DNA of 59,663 nucleotides from Octopus sinensis (Eukaryota): NCBI RefSeq assembly GCF_006345805.1, contig NW_021832426.1, positions 1 to 59,663 of the forward strand, read 5' to 3'. Shown piece by piece: positions 25,794 to 38,900 of this stretch (position 1 is its first letter; each line of letters starts with the position of its first letter). The notes under the pieces were generated by a model. It saw only the letters and a program-made list of their open reading frames with translations, ran no database searches and was not told where the DNA came from. The position numbers and the translations under genes were made by a program.

Positions 25794-25931
25794 AAACTAT
25801 TCTACTTCAATGACTTCGATGAATACCTACTCATAATTGCTTGCGTAATTGGCAAATAGAAAAAGATATAAGAAAAGTTAAAGAAATGTTTAGCATTGAA
25901 AGCACAAAATATGCATTGTGTGAAAACGAAC

Positions 25932-26042
25932 AACAAGGACAGACAGACGGATTAAGCCGATTAGATCGACCCCAGTGCGTAACTGGTACTTAATTTATCG
26001 ACCCCGAAAGGATGAAAGGCAAAGTCGACCTCGGCGGAATTT
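25932..26042 (-). mobile_element. SINE family C fragment
   Basis: Matches 23705-23812. Confidence 0.8.
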
Positions 26043-26790
26043 GTATGTTTGTTTGTGTGTTTCTCTTTGTCTTTCAATATACAAGCGATGCAGCACGGAT
26101 TTTAAAGAAACATTTTCAGTTTGAACAATTTATGAAAGTATGCGCATAATTAACAAATATTTTTACAGCAGGGTGCGGCAAAGAAATGAGCTAGTATGTT
26201 TAAAAATCACCGATACTTTTGCAATTTCTCACTTTTGCAATTTCGACATCTTACCTTCAAATTAAAATACGTGGATTTCAAATTAAGACAAATGATTTTC
26301 AAATTAAAATAAATGAATGAGTATTTTTTCATCCACGTAAACCGTAGGGAAATTGCCTCTAGAAATTAAAGCATGTCACAAATGTATTTTAACTAATCTA
26401 AAATTGGTTTAATTGTCATAATTGCCTCGCGCTGCAACCAATATAGAGTTGCTCTGTTTTAAGTAGACATTCCCGTATTTTATATTGATACTCACTGCCT
26501 GACAACCGGTGTTGATATGTAAACGTCCCCGTAACTTAGATGTTCGGCAATTGAGACCGATAGAATAAGTACCAGACGTAAAAATAAGTACCGGGATCGA
26601 TTCCTTCGACTGAATCCTCCAAAGCAATGCTTCAATATGGCTGCAGTCTAATGCCTGGAAAAAGTAAACGATAAGGATAGAAGGAAATTAATTAGTCTCA
26701 CATTTTCCTGTATAAGTTGAACCACAGAAGTGAGATATTTTCTCAACCATGTGATCTCGGATTCTGTTCCACTGTGCGGCACCTTAGACA

Positions 26791-27176
26791 GGAGGCGCAA
26801 TGGCCCAGTGGTTAGGGCAGCGGACTCGCGGTCATAGGATCGTGGTTTCGATTCCCAGACCGGGCGCTGTGAGTGTTTATTGAGCGAAAACACCTAAAAG
26901 CTCCACGTGGTTCCGGCAGGGGATGGTGGTGATCCCTGCTGTACTCTTTCACCACAACTTTCTCTCACTCTTTCTTCCTGTTTCTGTTGTACCTGTATTT
27001 CAAGGGGCCGGCCTTGTCACTCTCTGTGTCACGCTGAATATCCCCGATAACTACGTTAAGGGTGCACGTGTCTGTGGAGTGCTCAGCCACTTACACGTTA
27101 ATTTCACGAGCAGGTTGTTCCGTTGATTCGGATCAACTGGAACCCTCATCGTCGTAACCGACGGAGTGCTTCCATC
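26791..27176 (+). mobile_element. SINE family B, full length, inserted in an old SINE A head
   Basis: TSD CACCTTAGACA at 26780-26790 and 27177-27187. Confidence 0.9.
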
Positions 27177-27312
27177 CACCTTAGACAGTTGTGTTTCTAT
27201 CATTGATCCGATCAGCCTGGATCTATTTCAAAAAAGGATAAGGATTGAAGGCCAGACAACGTGATTGGGAAGCAAACTTCTCAATTCTATGCTTTGTACG
27301 ACTAACAAATAC

Positions 27313-27365
<53 letters not shown>

Positions 27366-27446
27366 GATTTGCAAATTGCTTTTGTGTCTATATGTGTGAA
27401 CATCGTGGTGTTGGCAAACACCTCAACTATACCAATACAAATTATG

Positions 27447-27680
27447 GAAGGCGGCGAGCTGGCAGAAACATTAGCGCGCCGAGCGAAATGCTTAGCGATA
27501 TTTCGTCTACTGTTACGTTCTGGGTTCAAATTCCGCCGAGGTCGACTTTGCCTTTTATCCTTTCGGGGTCGATAAATGAAGTATCAGTTACGCACTGGGG
27601 TCGATGTAATCGACTTAATTCCTTTGTCTGTCTTTGTTTGTCCTCTCTACGTTTAGCCCCTTGTGGATAATAAAGAAATA
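27447..27680 (+). mobile_element. SINE family C, full length
   Basis: 19-bp TSD TATACCAATACAAATTATG at 27428-27446 and 27681-27699. Confidence 0.9.
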
Positions 27681-27847
27681 TATACCAATACAAATTATGT
27701 AAATATGACTGTCTTAAAGAATGATCGTTCACAATTTTACTCATTGTATATTTGTATTATTTGAGCATATTTCTATAGTACTATAATTTTGGTATCATTT
27801 AAGATTTATCTGTATTGTATATTTTCAGAAGAAATATCCAAAAAATA

Positions 27848-28075
27848 ATGGCTAACAACCAGATATCTCTGACCACTGCATCGAATGCCATAGACATGGC
27901 TTTGCAAAAAGATGAAGTAGAAGAATTCTCGCTATCGTCTTCTAAGGAAATGGAAGGAGCAGGAAAATTTTCAGCAGGACTATTGGGTTCTGGTGAGGCA
28001 CTGTTCAAATATAAAGAGTCGATAACTTTCACTGTTAAAAAGAAAGGCTCGAACCCAAAATATATCCACCAGTGA
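27848..28075 (+). CDS. Candidate 75-aa microprotein (tandem family member 1), function unknown
   Basis: MANNQISLTTASNAIDMALQKDEVEEFSLSSSKEMEGAGKFSAGLLGSGEALFKYKESITFTVKKKGSNPKYIHQ. TTTTCAG acceptor at 27822-27828, ATAATGG start context and AATAAA at 28446. A positional paralogue lies at 51123-51293. Confidence 0.6.
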   Translation: MANNQISLTTASNAIDMALQKDEVEEFSLSSSKEMEGAGKFSAGLLGSGEALFKYKESITFTVKKKGSNPKYIHQ

Positions 28076-28842
28076 AAATATCTTCATATAATGCATGAAA
28101 AATTTTCCAGTGTTCTTTATTTGAAGATATACAACGTTTCTTTTCCTCAAGCTTTTTTTACCTTATCCTATAAACACGATTTTATAACTCAAGATTTATC
28201 TTGAAATTATTACATCTGTCACTTAGGTGCCAAATATTCAATTATATAAAGCAATAGTCTTTAACCATTTTCTACATATAAACCTCTTTGATTACTGTTC
28301 TTTCCAGCTGAACCTCCATGGCCATTCGATGTTTGGAAATTAGTTTTACAGACACTTGTTTCAGAATTCCTATTTTGTTTGTCACACATTAACTTGTGTT
28401 AAGTTGAACTATGTAAAACGTCAGAGGAAGAAACCTGTTTCTTACAATAAATATATCTAAAGTAACATCTTTTCGTGGTCCCTTAAAATGCTATTGTGGG
28501 TCCTCAATTTACTATTTTCTTGTTGGACACCCAAAAGTACGGAATCCCAACGGTCATATGGACTTCGGTTGAGAACCAATGATATCCAGGTTGAATATGA
28601 ATAGTAAAAAATAAACATATTAACATAAAATATTGTTCGTCTCCATTGATGTTTAATATTTGATGTCTGTCTCTCTTGATTTCTTAAGAAAGAAGCTATC
28701 CGAAAAGAAATAGAATTTCATACAAACAAAACTACAGACATAGATTGAAAAGTTCACACAGATTCACAAACACACAACAATAATACACATACAAGAAAGC
28801 CTCACGGAACTGATATACGAATGGTTGTGTCGTCAGAAATGA

Positions 28843-29142
28843 CTTGGCTTTGCTCGGCTCGGCTCGGCTCGGCTCGGCTCGACTCGGCTCGGCTCGGCTC
28901 AGCTCGGCTTGGCTCGGCTCGGCTCGGCTCGGCTCGGCTCGGCTCGGTTCGGCTCGGCTCGGCTCGGCTCGGCTCAGCTCGGCTCAGTTCGGCTTGGCTC
29001 GGTTTGGCTCGGCTCGGCTTGGCTTGGCTCGGCTCGGCTCGGCTCGGCCCGGGTCGACTCGGCTCGGCTCAGCTCGGCTAAGCTCGGCTCGGCTCGGCTC
29101 GGCTCGGCTCGGCTCGGCTCGGCTCGGCTCGGCTCGGCTCGG
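28843..29142. repeat. (GGCTC)n pentanucleotide microsatellite
   Basis: Seen directly; source of the SARLG pseudo-ORFs. Confidence 0.95.
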
Positions 29143-29552
29143 TTTCCGATCGAGTGGCAAAGTGCAGACTAGTTTATGTATGTGTGTGACGCAGAACAAA
29201 AGACTTCTTACACTTTTGAAATACGATGACTAAGTAAACTAGGTCTGTGTATCCCTCGTCAGCTAACCGGTTTTCGGTTTGATCAGAAAGTTGCCCTCCG
29301 CTTGTCATTGAACAAGAAGAATTACTAGTGAACCTAGACACAACCAGGAAACAAAATAAAATTTAAGCGCCACAAATACATTTTTTTTTTGTATTAATTG
29401 ATATAAATCATCTCAATTTGTTAAAAAGAATATGACAATACTGTGAAGCTTGATTCCTATTGGTTGCATTCAATAAAGCCATGTACGTATAGAGAGTGAT
29501 GGTTATACCCTCGTTACGGAGAGTTCATTCTGCAGTGAGAGTGTGTGTGTGT

Positions 29553-29740
29553 CGGGCGAAATGCTTAGCAGTATTTCGTCTGCCTTTACTTTCTGAGTTC
29601 AAATTCCGCCGAGGTCGACTTTGCCTTTCATCTTATCGAGATCGATAAAATAAGTATCAGTTACACACTGGGATCGATGTAATCGACTTATTCCCTCCCC
29701 AAAAATTGCTGCCTTTGTGGAAAAATCTGAAACCATTATT
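29553..29740 (+). mobile_element. SINE family C, older variant
   Basis: GGGCGAAATGCTTAGC...TTCAAATTCCGCCGAGGTCGACTTTGCC. Confidence 0.75.
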
Positions 29741-29997
29741 ATTGGTGGTGGTGGTGGTGGTGGTATTTTACGCTAATATCTCAAATGACAAATGGTGTTT
29801 GCTTCTGCTTTTAAAAAAAATTGTTGTAACATAAACATTGAGTGAAAGGCACTTACTTTTGTTTATGTTACGTAAGAGTCAAATAGACAGTTGTTAAGCA
29901 GTCGTTTAAAGATGGTAGAAAATTTCTCTCAAAATACAACCTTTCGTTGTAACAATACGGGAAAAACACATACAATATAAGTTGCTAAACTGTCTCC

Positions 29998-32900
29998 TCA
30001 CCAGCAAGAAATAGCAGACAAATCTCCCTCAAACCATACACACCCTAAGCTTTTCAATATAACAAGTGTGAATCGCTTCACCTGCAAGAAATAGCAGACA
30101 AATCTCCCTCAAACCATACACACCCTAAGCTTTTCAATATAACAAGTGTGAATCGCTTCACCTGCAAGAAATAGCAGACAAATCGCCCTCAAACCATACA
30201 CACCCTAAGCTTTTGAATATAACAAGTGTGAATCGCTTCACCTGCAAGAAATAGCAGACAAATCTCCCTCAAACCATACACACCCTAAGCTTTTGAATAT
30301 AACAAGTGTGAATCGCTTCACCTGCAAGAAATAGCAGACAAATCTCCCTCAAACCATACGCACCCTAAGATTTTCAATATAACAAGTGTGCATCGCTTCA
30401 CCTGCAAGAAATAGTAGACAAATCTCCCTCAAAGCATACACACCCTAAGCTTTTCAATATAACAAGTGTGAATCGCTTCACCTGCAAGAAATAGCAGACA
30501 AATCTCCCTCAAACCATACACACCCTAAGCTTTTCAATATAACAAGTGTGAATCGCTTCACCTGCAAGAAATAGCAGACAAATCTCCCTCAAACCATACA
30601 CACCCTAAGCTTTTGAATATAACAAGTGTGAATCGCTTCACCTGCAAGAAATAGCAGACAAATCTCCCTCAAACCATACACACCCTAAGCTTTTGAATAT
30701 AACAAGTGTGAATCGCTTCACCTGCAAGAAATAGCAGACAAATCTCCCTCAAACCATACACACCCTAAGCTTTTGAATATAACAAGTGTGAATCGCTTCA
30801 CCAGCAAGAAATAACAGACAAATCTCCCTCAAACCATACACACCCTAAGCTTTTGAATATAACAAGTGTGAATCGCTTCACCTGCAAGAAATAGCAGACA
30901 AATCTCCCTCAAACCATACACACCCTAAGCTTTTCAATATAACAAGTGTGAATCGCTTCACCTGCAAGAAATAGCAGACAAATGTCCCTCAAACCATACA
31001 CACCCTAAGCTTTTCAATATAACAAGTGTGAATCGCTTCACCTGCAAGAAATAGCAGACAAATCTCCCTCAAACAATACACACCCTAAGCTTTTGAATAT
31101 AACAAGTGTGAATCGCTTCACCTGCAAGAAATAGCAGACAAATCTCCCTCAAACCATACACACCCTAAGCTTTTCAATATAACAAGTGTGAATCGCTTCA
31201 CCTGCAAGAAATAGCAGACAAATCTCCCTCAAACCATACACACCCTAAGCTTTTCAATATAACAAGTGTGAATCGCTTCACCTGCAAGAAATAGCAGACA
31301 AATATTCCTCAAACCATACACACCCTAAGCTTTTGAATATAACAAGTGTGAATTGCTTCACCTGCAAGAAATAGCAGACAAATCTCCCTCAAACCATACA
31401 CACCCTAAGCTTTTCAATATAACATGTGTGAATCGCTTCACCTGCAAGAAATAGCAGACAAATTTCCCTCAAACCATACACACCGTAAGCTTTTGAATAT
31501 AACAAGTGTGAATCGATTCACCTGCAAGAAATAGCAGACAAATCTCCCTCAAACCATACACACCCTAAGCTTTTGAATATAACAAGTGTGAATCGCTTCA
31601 CCTGCAAGAAATAGCAGACAAATCTCCCTCAAACCATACACACCCTAAGCTTTTGAATATAACAAGTGTGAATCGCTTCACCTGCAAGAAATAGCAGACA
31701 AATCTCCCTCAGACCATACACACCCTAAGCTTTTGAATATAACAAGTGTGAATCGCTTCACCTGCAAGAAAAAGCAGACAAATCTCCCTCAAACCATACA
31801 CACCCTAAGCTTTTGAATATAACAAGTGTGAATCGCTCCACCTGCAAGAAATAGCAGACAAATCTCCCTCAAACCATACACACCCTAAGCTTTTGAATAA
31901 AACAAGTGTGAATCGCTTCACCAGCAAGAAATAGCAGACAAATCTCCCTCAAACCATACACACCCTAAGCTTTTCAATATAACAAGTGTGAATCGCTTCA
32001 CCTGCAAGAAATAGCAGACAAATCTCCCTCAAACCATACACACCCTAAGCTTTTGAATATAACAAGTGTGCATCGCTTCACCAGCAAGAAATAGCAGACA
32101 AATCTCCCTCAAACCATACACACCCTAAGCTTTTGAATATAACAAGTGCGCATCGCTTCACCAGCAAGAAATAGCAGACAAATCTCCCTCAAACCATACA
32201 CACCCTAAGCTTTTGAATATAACAAGTGTGAATCGCTTCACCTGCAAGAAATAGCAGACAAATCTCCCTCAAACCATACACACCCTAAGCTTTTCAATAT
32301 AACAAGTGTGAATCGCTTCAACTGCAAGAAATAGCAGACAAATCTCCTCTCAAACCATACACACCCTAAGCTTTTGAATATAACAAGTGTGAATCGCTTC
32401 ACCTGCAAGAAATAGCAGACAATCTCCCTCAAACCATACACACCCTAAGCTTTTCAATATAACAAGTGTGAATCGCTTCACCTGCAAGAAATAGCAGAAA
32501 AATCTCCCTCAAACCATACACACCCTAAGCTTTTCAATATAACAAGTGTGCATCGCTTCACCAGCAAGAAATAGCAGACAAATCTCCTCAAACCATACAC
32601 ACCCTAAGCTTTTCAATATAACAGTGTGGAATCGCTCCACCTGCAAGAAATAGCAGACAAATCTCCCTCAAACCATACACACCCTAAGCTTTTGAAAATA
32701 ACAAGTGTGAATCGCTCACCTGCAAGAATAGCAGACAAATCTCCCTCAAACCATACACACCCTAAGCTTTTCAATATAACAAGTGTGCATCGCTTCACCA
32801 GGCAAGAAAAAGCAGACAAATCTCCTCTCAAACCATACACACCCTAAGCTTTTGAATATAAGAAGTGTGAATCGCTCCACCTGCAAGAAATAGAGGGACA

Positions 32901-35900
32901 AATCTCCCTCAAACCATACACACCCTAAGCTTTTGAATATAACAAGTGTGAATCGCTTCACCTGCAAGAAAAGCAGCCCAAATCTCCCTTCAAACCATAC
33001 ACACCCTAAGCTTTTGAAAATAACAAGTGTGAATCGCTTCACCTGCAAGAAATAGCAGACAAATCTCCCTCAAACCATACACACCCTAAGCTTTTGAATA
33101 TAACAAGTGTGCATCGCTTCACCAGCAAGAAATAGCAGACAAATCTCCCTCAAACCATACACACCCTAAGCTTTTGAATATAACAAGTGCGAATCTCGGT
33201 CACCAGCAAGAAATAGCAGACAAATCTCCCTCAAACCATACACACCCTAAGCTTTTGAATATAACAAGTGTGAATCGCTTCACCTGCAAGAAATAGCAGA
33301 CAAATCTCCCTCAAACCATACACACCCTAAGCTTTTCAATATAACAAGTGTGAATCGCTTCAACTGCAAGAAATAGCAGACAAATCTCCCTCAAACCATA
33401 CACACCCTAAGCTTTTGAATATAACAAGTGTGAATCGCTTCACCTGCAAGAAATAGCAGACAAATCTCCCTCAAACCATACACACCCTAAGCTTTTCAAT
33501 ATAACAAGTGTGAATCGCTTCACCTGCAAGAAATAGCAGAAAAATCTCCCTCAAACCATACACACCCTAAGCTTTTCAATATAACAAGTGTGCATCGCTT
33601 CACCAGCAAGAAATAGCAGACAAATCTCCCTCAAACCATACACACCCTAAGCTTTTCAATATAACAAGTGTGAATCGCTCCACCTGCAAGAAATAGCAGA
33701 CAAATCTCCCTCAAACCATACACACCCTAAGCTTTTGAATATAACAAGTGTGAATCGCTCCACCTGCAAGAAATAGCAGACAAATCTCCCTCAAACCATA
33801 CACACCCTAAGCTTTTCAATATAACAAGTGTGCATCGCTTCACCAGCAAGAAAAAGCAGACAAATCTCCCTCAAACCATACACACCCTAAGCTTTTGAAT
33901 ATAACAAGTGTGAATCGCTCCACCTGCAAGAAATAGCAGACAAATCTCCCTCAAACCATACACACCCTAAGCTTTTGAATATAACAAGTGTGAATCGCTT
34001 CACCAGCAAGAAATAGCAGACAAATCTCCCTCAAACCATACACACCCTAAGCTTTTGAAAATAACAAGTGTGAATCGCTTCACCTGCAAGAAATAGCAGA
34101 CAAATCTCCCTCAAACCATACACACCCTAAGCTTTTGAATATAACAAGTGTGCATCGCTTCACCAGCAAGAAATAACAGACAAATCTCCCTCAAACCATA
34201 CACACCCTAAGCTTTTGAATATAACAAGTGCGCATCGCTTCACCAGCAAGAAATAGCAGACAAATCTCCCTCAAACCATACACACCCTAAGCTTTTGAAT
34301 ATAACAAGTGTGAATCGCTTCACCTGCAAGAAATAGCAGACAAATCTCCCTCAAACCATACACACCCTAAGCTTTTCAATATAACAAGTGTGAATCGCTT
34401 CAACTGCAAGAAATAGCAGACAAATCTCCCTCAAACCATACACACCCTAAGCTTTTGAATATAACAAGTGTGAATCGCTTCACCTGCAAGAAATAGCAGA
34501 CAAATCTCCCTCAAACCATACACACCTAAGCTTTTCAATATAACAAGTGTGATTCGCTTCACCTGCAAGAAATAGCAGAAAAATCTCCCTCAAACCATAC
34601 ACACGCTAAGCTTTTCAATATAACAAGTGTGCATCGCTTCACCAGCAAGAAATAGCAGACAAATCTCCCTCAAACCATACACACCCTAAGCTTTTCAATA
34701 TAACAAGTGTGAATCGCTTCACCTGCAAGAAATAGCAGACAAATCTCCCTCAAACCATACACACCCTAAGCTTTTGAATATAACAAGTGTGAATCGCTTC
34801 ACCTGCAAGAAATAGCAGACAAATCTCCCTCAAACCATACACACCCTAACTTTTCAATATAACAAGTGTGAATCGCTTCACCTGCAAGAAATAGCACACA
34901 AATCTCCCTCAAACCATACACACCCTAAGCTTTTGAATATAACAAGTGTGAATCGCTTCACCTGCAAGAAATAGCAGACAAAATCTCCTCAAACCATACA
35001 CACCCTAAGCTTTTCAATATAACAAGTGTGAATCGCTTCACCTGCAAGAAATAGCAGACAAATCTCCCTCAAACCATACACACCCTAAGCTTTTCAATAT
35101 AACAAGTGTGCATCGCTTCACCAGCAAGAAATAGCAGACAAAACTCCCTCAAACCATACACACCCTAAGCTTTTCAATATAACAAGTGTGCATCGCTTCA
35201 CCTGCAAGAAATAGCAGACAAAACTCCCTCAAACCATACACACCCTAAGCTTTTGAATATAACAAGTGTGCATCGCTTCACCTGCAAGAAATAGCAGACA
35301 AATCTCCCTCAAACCATACACACCCTAAGCTTTTGAATATAACAAGTGTGAATCGCTTCACCTGCAAGAAATAGCAGACAAATATCCCTCAAACCATACA
35401 CACCCTAAGCTTTTGAATATAACAAGTGTGAATCGCTTCACCTGCAAGAAATAGCAGACAAATCTCCCTCAAACCATACACACCCTAAGCTTTTCAATAT
35501 AACAAGTGTGAATCGCTTCACCTGCAAGAAATAGCAGACAAATCTCCCTCAAACCATACACACCCTAAGCTTTTCAATATAACAAGTGTGAATCGCTTCA
35601 CCTGCAAGAAATAGCCGACAAATCTCCCTCAAACCATACACACCCTAAGCTTTTGAATATAACAAGTGTGAATCGCTTCACCAGCAAGAAATAGCAGACA
35701 AATCTCCCTCAAACCATACACACCCTAAGCTTTTCAATATAACAAGTGTGAATCGCTTCACCTGCAAGAAATAGCAGACAAATCTCCCTTAAACCATAGA
35801 CACCCTAAGCTTTTGAATATAACAAGTGTGCATCGTTTCACCAGCAAGAAATAGCAGACAAAACTCCCTCAAACCATACACACCCTAAGCTTTTGAATAT

Positions 35901-38900
35901 AACAAGTGTGCATCGCTTCACCTGCAAGAAATAGCAGACAAATCTCCCTCAAACCATACACACCCTAAGCTTTTGAATATAACAAGTGTGAATCGCTTCA
36001 CCTGCAAGAAATAGCAGACAAATCTCCCTCAAACCATACACACCCTAAGCTTTTCAATATAACAAGTGTGAATCGCTTCACCTGCAAGAAATAGCAGACA
36101 AATCTCCCTCAAACCATACACACCCTAAGCTTTTCAATATAACAAGTGTGCATCGCTTCACCAGCAAGAAATAGCAGACAAATCTCCCTCAAACCATACA
36201 CACCCTAAGCTTTTCAATATAACAAGTGTGCATCGCTTCACCAGCAAGAAATAGCAGACAAATCTCCCTCAAACCATACACACCCTAAGCTTTTCAATAT
36301 AACAAGTGTGAATCGCTTCAACTGCAAGAAATAGCAGACAAATCTCCCTCAAACCATACACACCCTAAGCTTTTGAATATAACAAGTGTGAATCGCTTCA
36401 CCTGCAAGAAATAGCAGACAAATCTCCCTCAAACCATACACACCCTAAGCTTTTGAATATAACAAGTGTGCATCGCTTCACCTGCAAGAAATAGCAGACA
36501 ATTCTCCCTCAAACCATACACACCCTAAGCTTTTGAATATAACAAGTGTGAATCGCTTCACCTGCGAGAAATAGCAGACAAATCTCCCTCAAACCATACA
36601 CACCCTAAGCTTTTGAATATAACAAGTGTGAATCGCTTCACCTGCAAGAAATAGCAGACAAATCTCCCTCAAACCATACACACCCTAAGCTTTTGAATAT
36701 AACAAGTGTGAATCGCTTCACCTGCAAGAAATAGCAGAGAAATCTCCCTCAAACCATACACACCCTAAGCTTTTCAATATAACAAGTGTGAATCGCTTCA
36801 CCAGCAAGAAATAGCAGAGAAATCTCCCTCAAACCATACACACCCTAAGCTTTTCAATATAACAAGTGTGAATCGCTTCACCTGCAAGAAATAGCAGACA
36901 AATCTCCCTCAAACCATATACATCCTAAGCTTTTCAATATAACAAGTGTGAATCGCTTCAACTGCAAGAAATAGCAGACAAATCTCCCTCAAACCAAATA
37001 CACCCTAAGCTTTTCAATATAACAAGTGTGAATCGCTTCACCTGCAAGAAATAGCAGACAAATCTCCCTCAAACCATATACACCCTAAGCTTTTCAATAT
37101 AACAAGTGTGAATCGCTTCACCTGCAAGAAATAGCAGACAAATCTCCCTCAAACCATACACACCCAAAGCTTTTCAATATAACAAGTGTGCATCGCTTCA
37201 CCAGCAAGAAATAGCAGACAATTCTCCCTCAAACCATACACACCCTAAGCTTTTCAATATAACAAGTGTGAATCGCTTCACCTGCAAGAAATAGCAGACA
37301 AATCTCCCTCAAACCATACACACCCTAAGCTTTTGAATATAACAAGAGTGAATCGCTTCACCTGCAAGAAATAGCAGACAAATCTCCCTCAAACCATACA
37401 CACCCTAAGCTTTTGAATATAACAAGTGTGAATCGCTTCACCTGCAAGAAATAGCAGACAAATCTCCCTCAAACCATATACACCCTAAGCTTTTCAATAT
37501 AACAAGTGTGAATCGCTTCACCTGCAAGAAATAGCGGACAAATCTCCCTCAAACCATACACACCCTAAGCTTTTCAATATAACAAGTGTGCATCGCTTCA
37601 CCAGCAAGAAATAGCAGACAAATCTCCCTCAAACCATACGCACCCTAAGCTTTTCAATATAACAAGTGTGAATCGCTTCACCTGCAAGAAATAGCACACA
37701 AATCTCCCTCAAACCATACACACCCTAAGCTTTTGAATATAACAAGTGTGAATCGCTTCACCTGCAAGAAATAGCAGACAAATCTCCCTCAAACCATACA
37801 CACCCTAAGCTTTTCAATATAACAAGTGTGAATCGCTTCACCTGCAAGAAATAGCAGACAAATCTCCCTCAAACCATACACACCTTAAGCTTTTCAATAT
37901 AACAAGTATGAATCGCTTCACCTGCAAGAAATAGCAGACAAATCTCCCTCAAACCATACACACCCTAAGCTTTTGAATATAACAAGTGTGAATCGCTTCA
38001 CCTGCAAGAAATAGCAGACAAATCTCCCTCAAACCATACACACCCTAAGCTTTTGAATATAACAAGTGTGAATCGCTTCACCTGCAAGAAATAGCAGACA
38101 AATCTCCCTCAAACCATACACACCCTAAGCTTTTGAATATAACAAGTGTGAATCGCTTCACCTGCAAGAAATAGCAGACAAATCTCCCTCAAACCATACA
38201 CACCCTAAGCTTTTGAATATAACAAGTGTGAATCGCTTCACCAGCAAGAAATAGCAGACAAATCTCCCTCAAACCATACACACCCTAAGCTTTTCAATAT
38301 AACAAGTGTGAATCGCTTCACCTGCAAGAAATAGCAGACAAATCTCCCTCAAACCATACACACCCTAAGCTTTTGAATATAACAAGTGTGCATCGCTTCA
38401 CCAGCAAGAAATAGCAGACAAAACTCCCTCAAACCATACACACCCTAAGCTTTTGAATATAACAAGTGTGCATCGCTTCACCTGCAAGAAATAGCAGACA
38501 AATCTCCCTCAAACCATACACACCCTAAGCTTTTGAATATAACAAGTGTGAATCGCTTCACCTGCAAGAAATAGCAGAGAAATCTCCCTCAAACCATACA
38601 CACCCTAAGCTTTTCAATATAACAAGTGTGAATCGCTTCACCTGCAAGAAATAGCAGACAAATCTCCCTCAAACCATACACACCCTAAGCTTTTCAATAT
38701 AACAAGTGTGAATCGCTTCACCTGCAAGAAATAGCAGACAAATCTCCCTCAAACCATACACACCCTAAGCTTTTCAATATAACAAGTGTGAATCGCTTCA
38801 CCTGCAAGAAATAGCACACAAATCTCCCTCAAACCATACACACACCCTAAGCTTTTGAATATAACAAGTGTGAATCGCTTCACCTGCAAAAAATAGCAGA

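Noticed and set aside
28821-29233. SARLG-repeat proteins
   Set aside because: Translation of the (GGCTC)n microsatellite.
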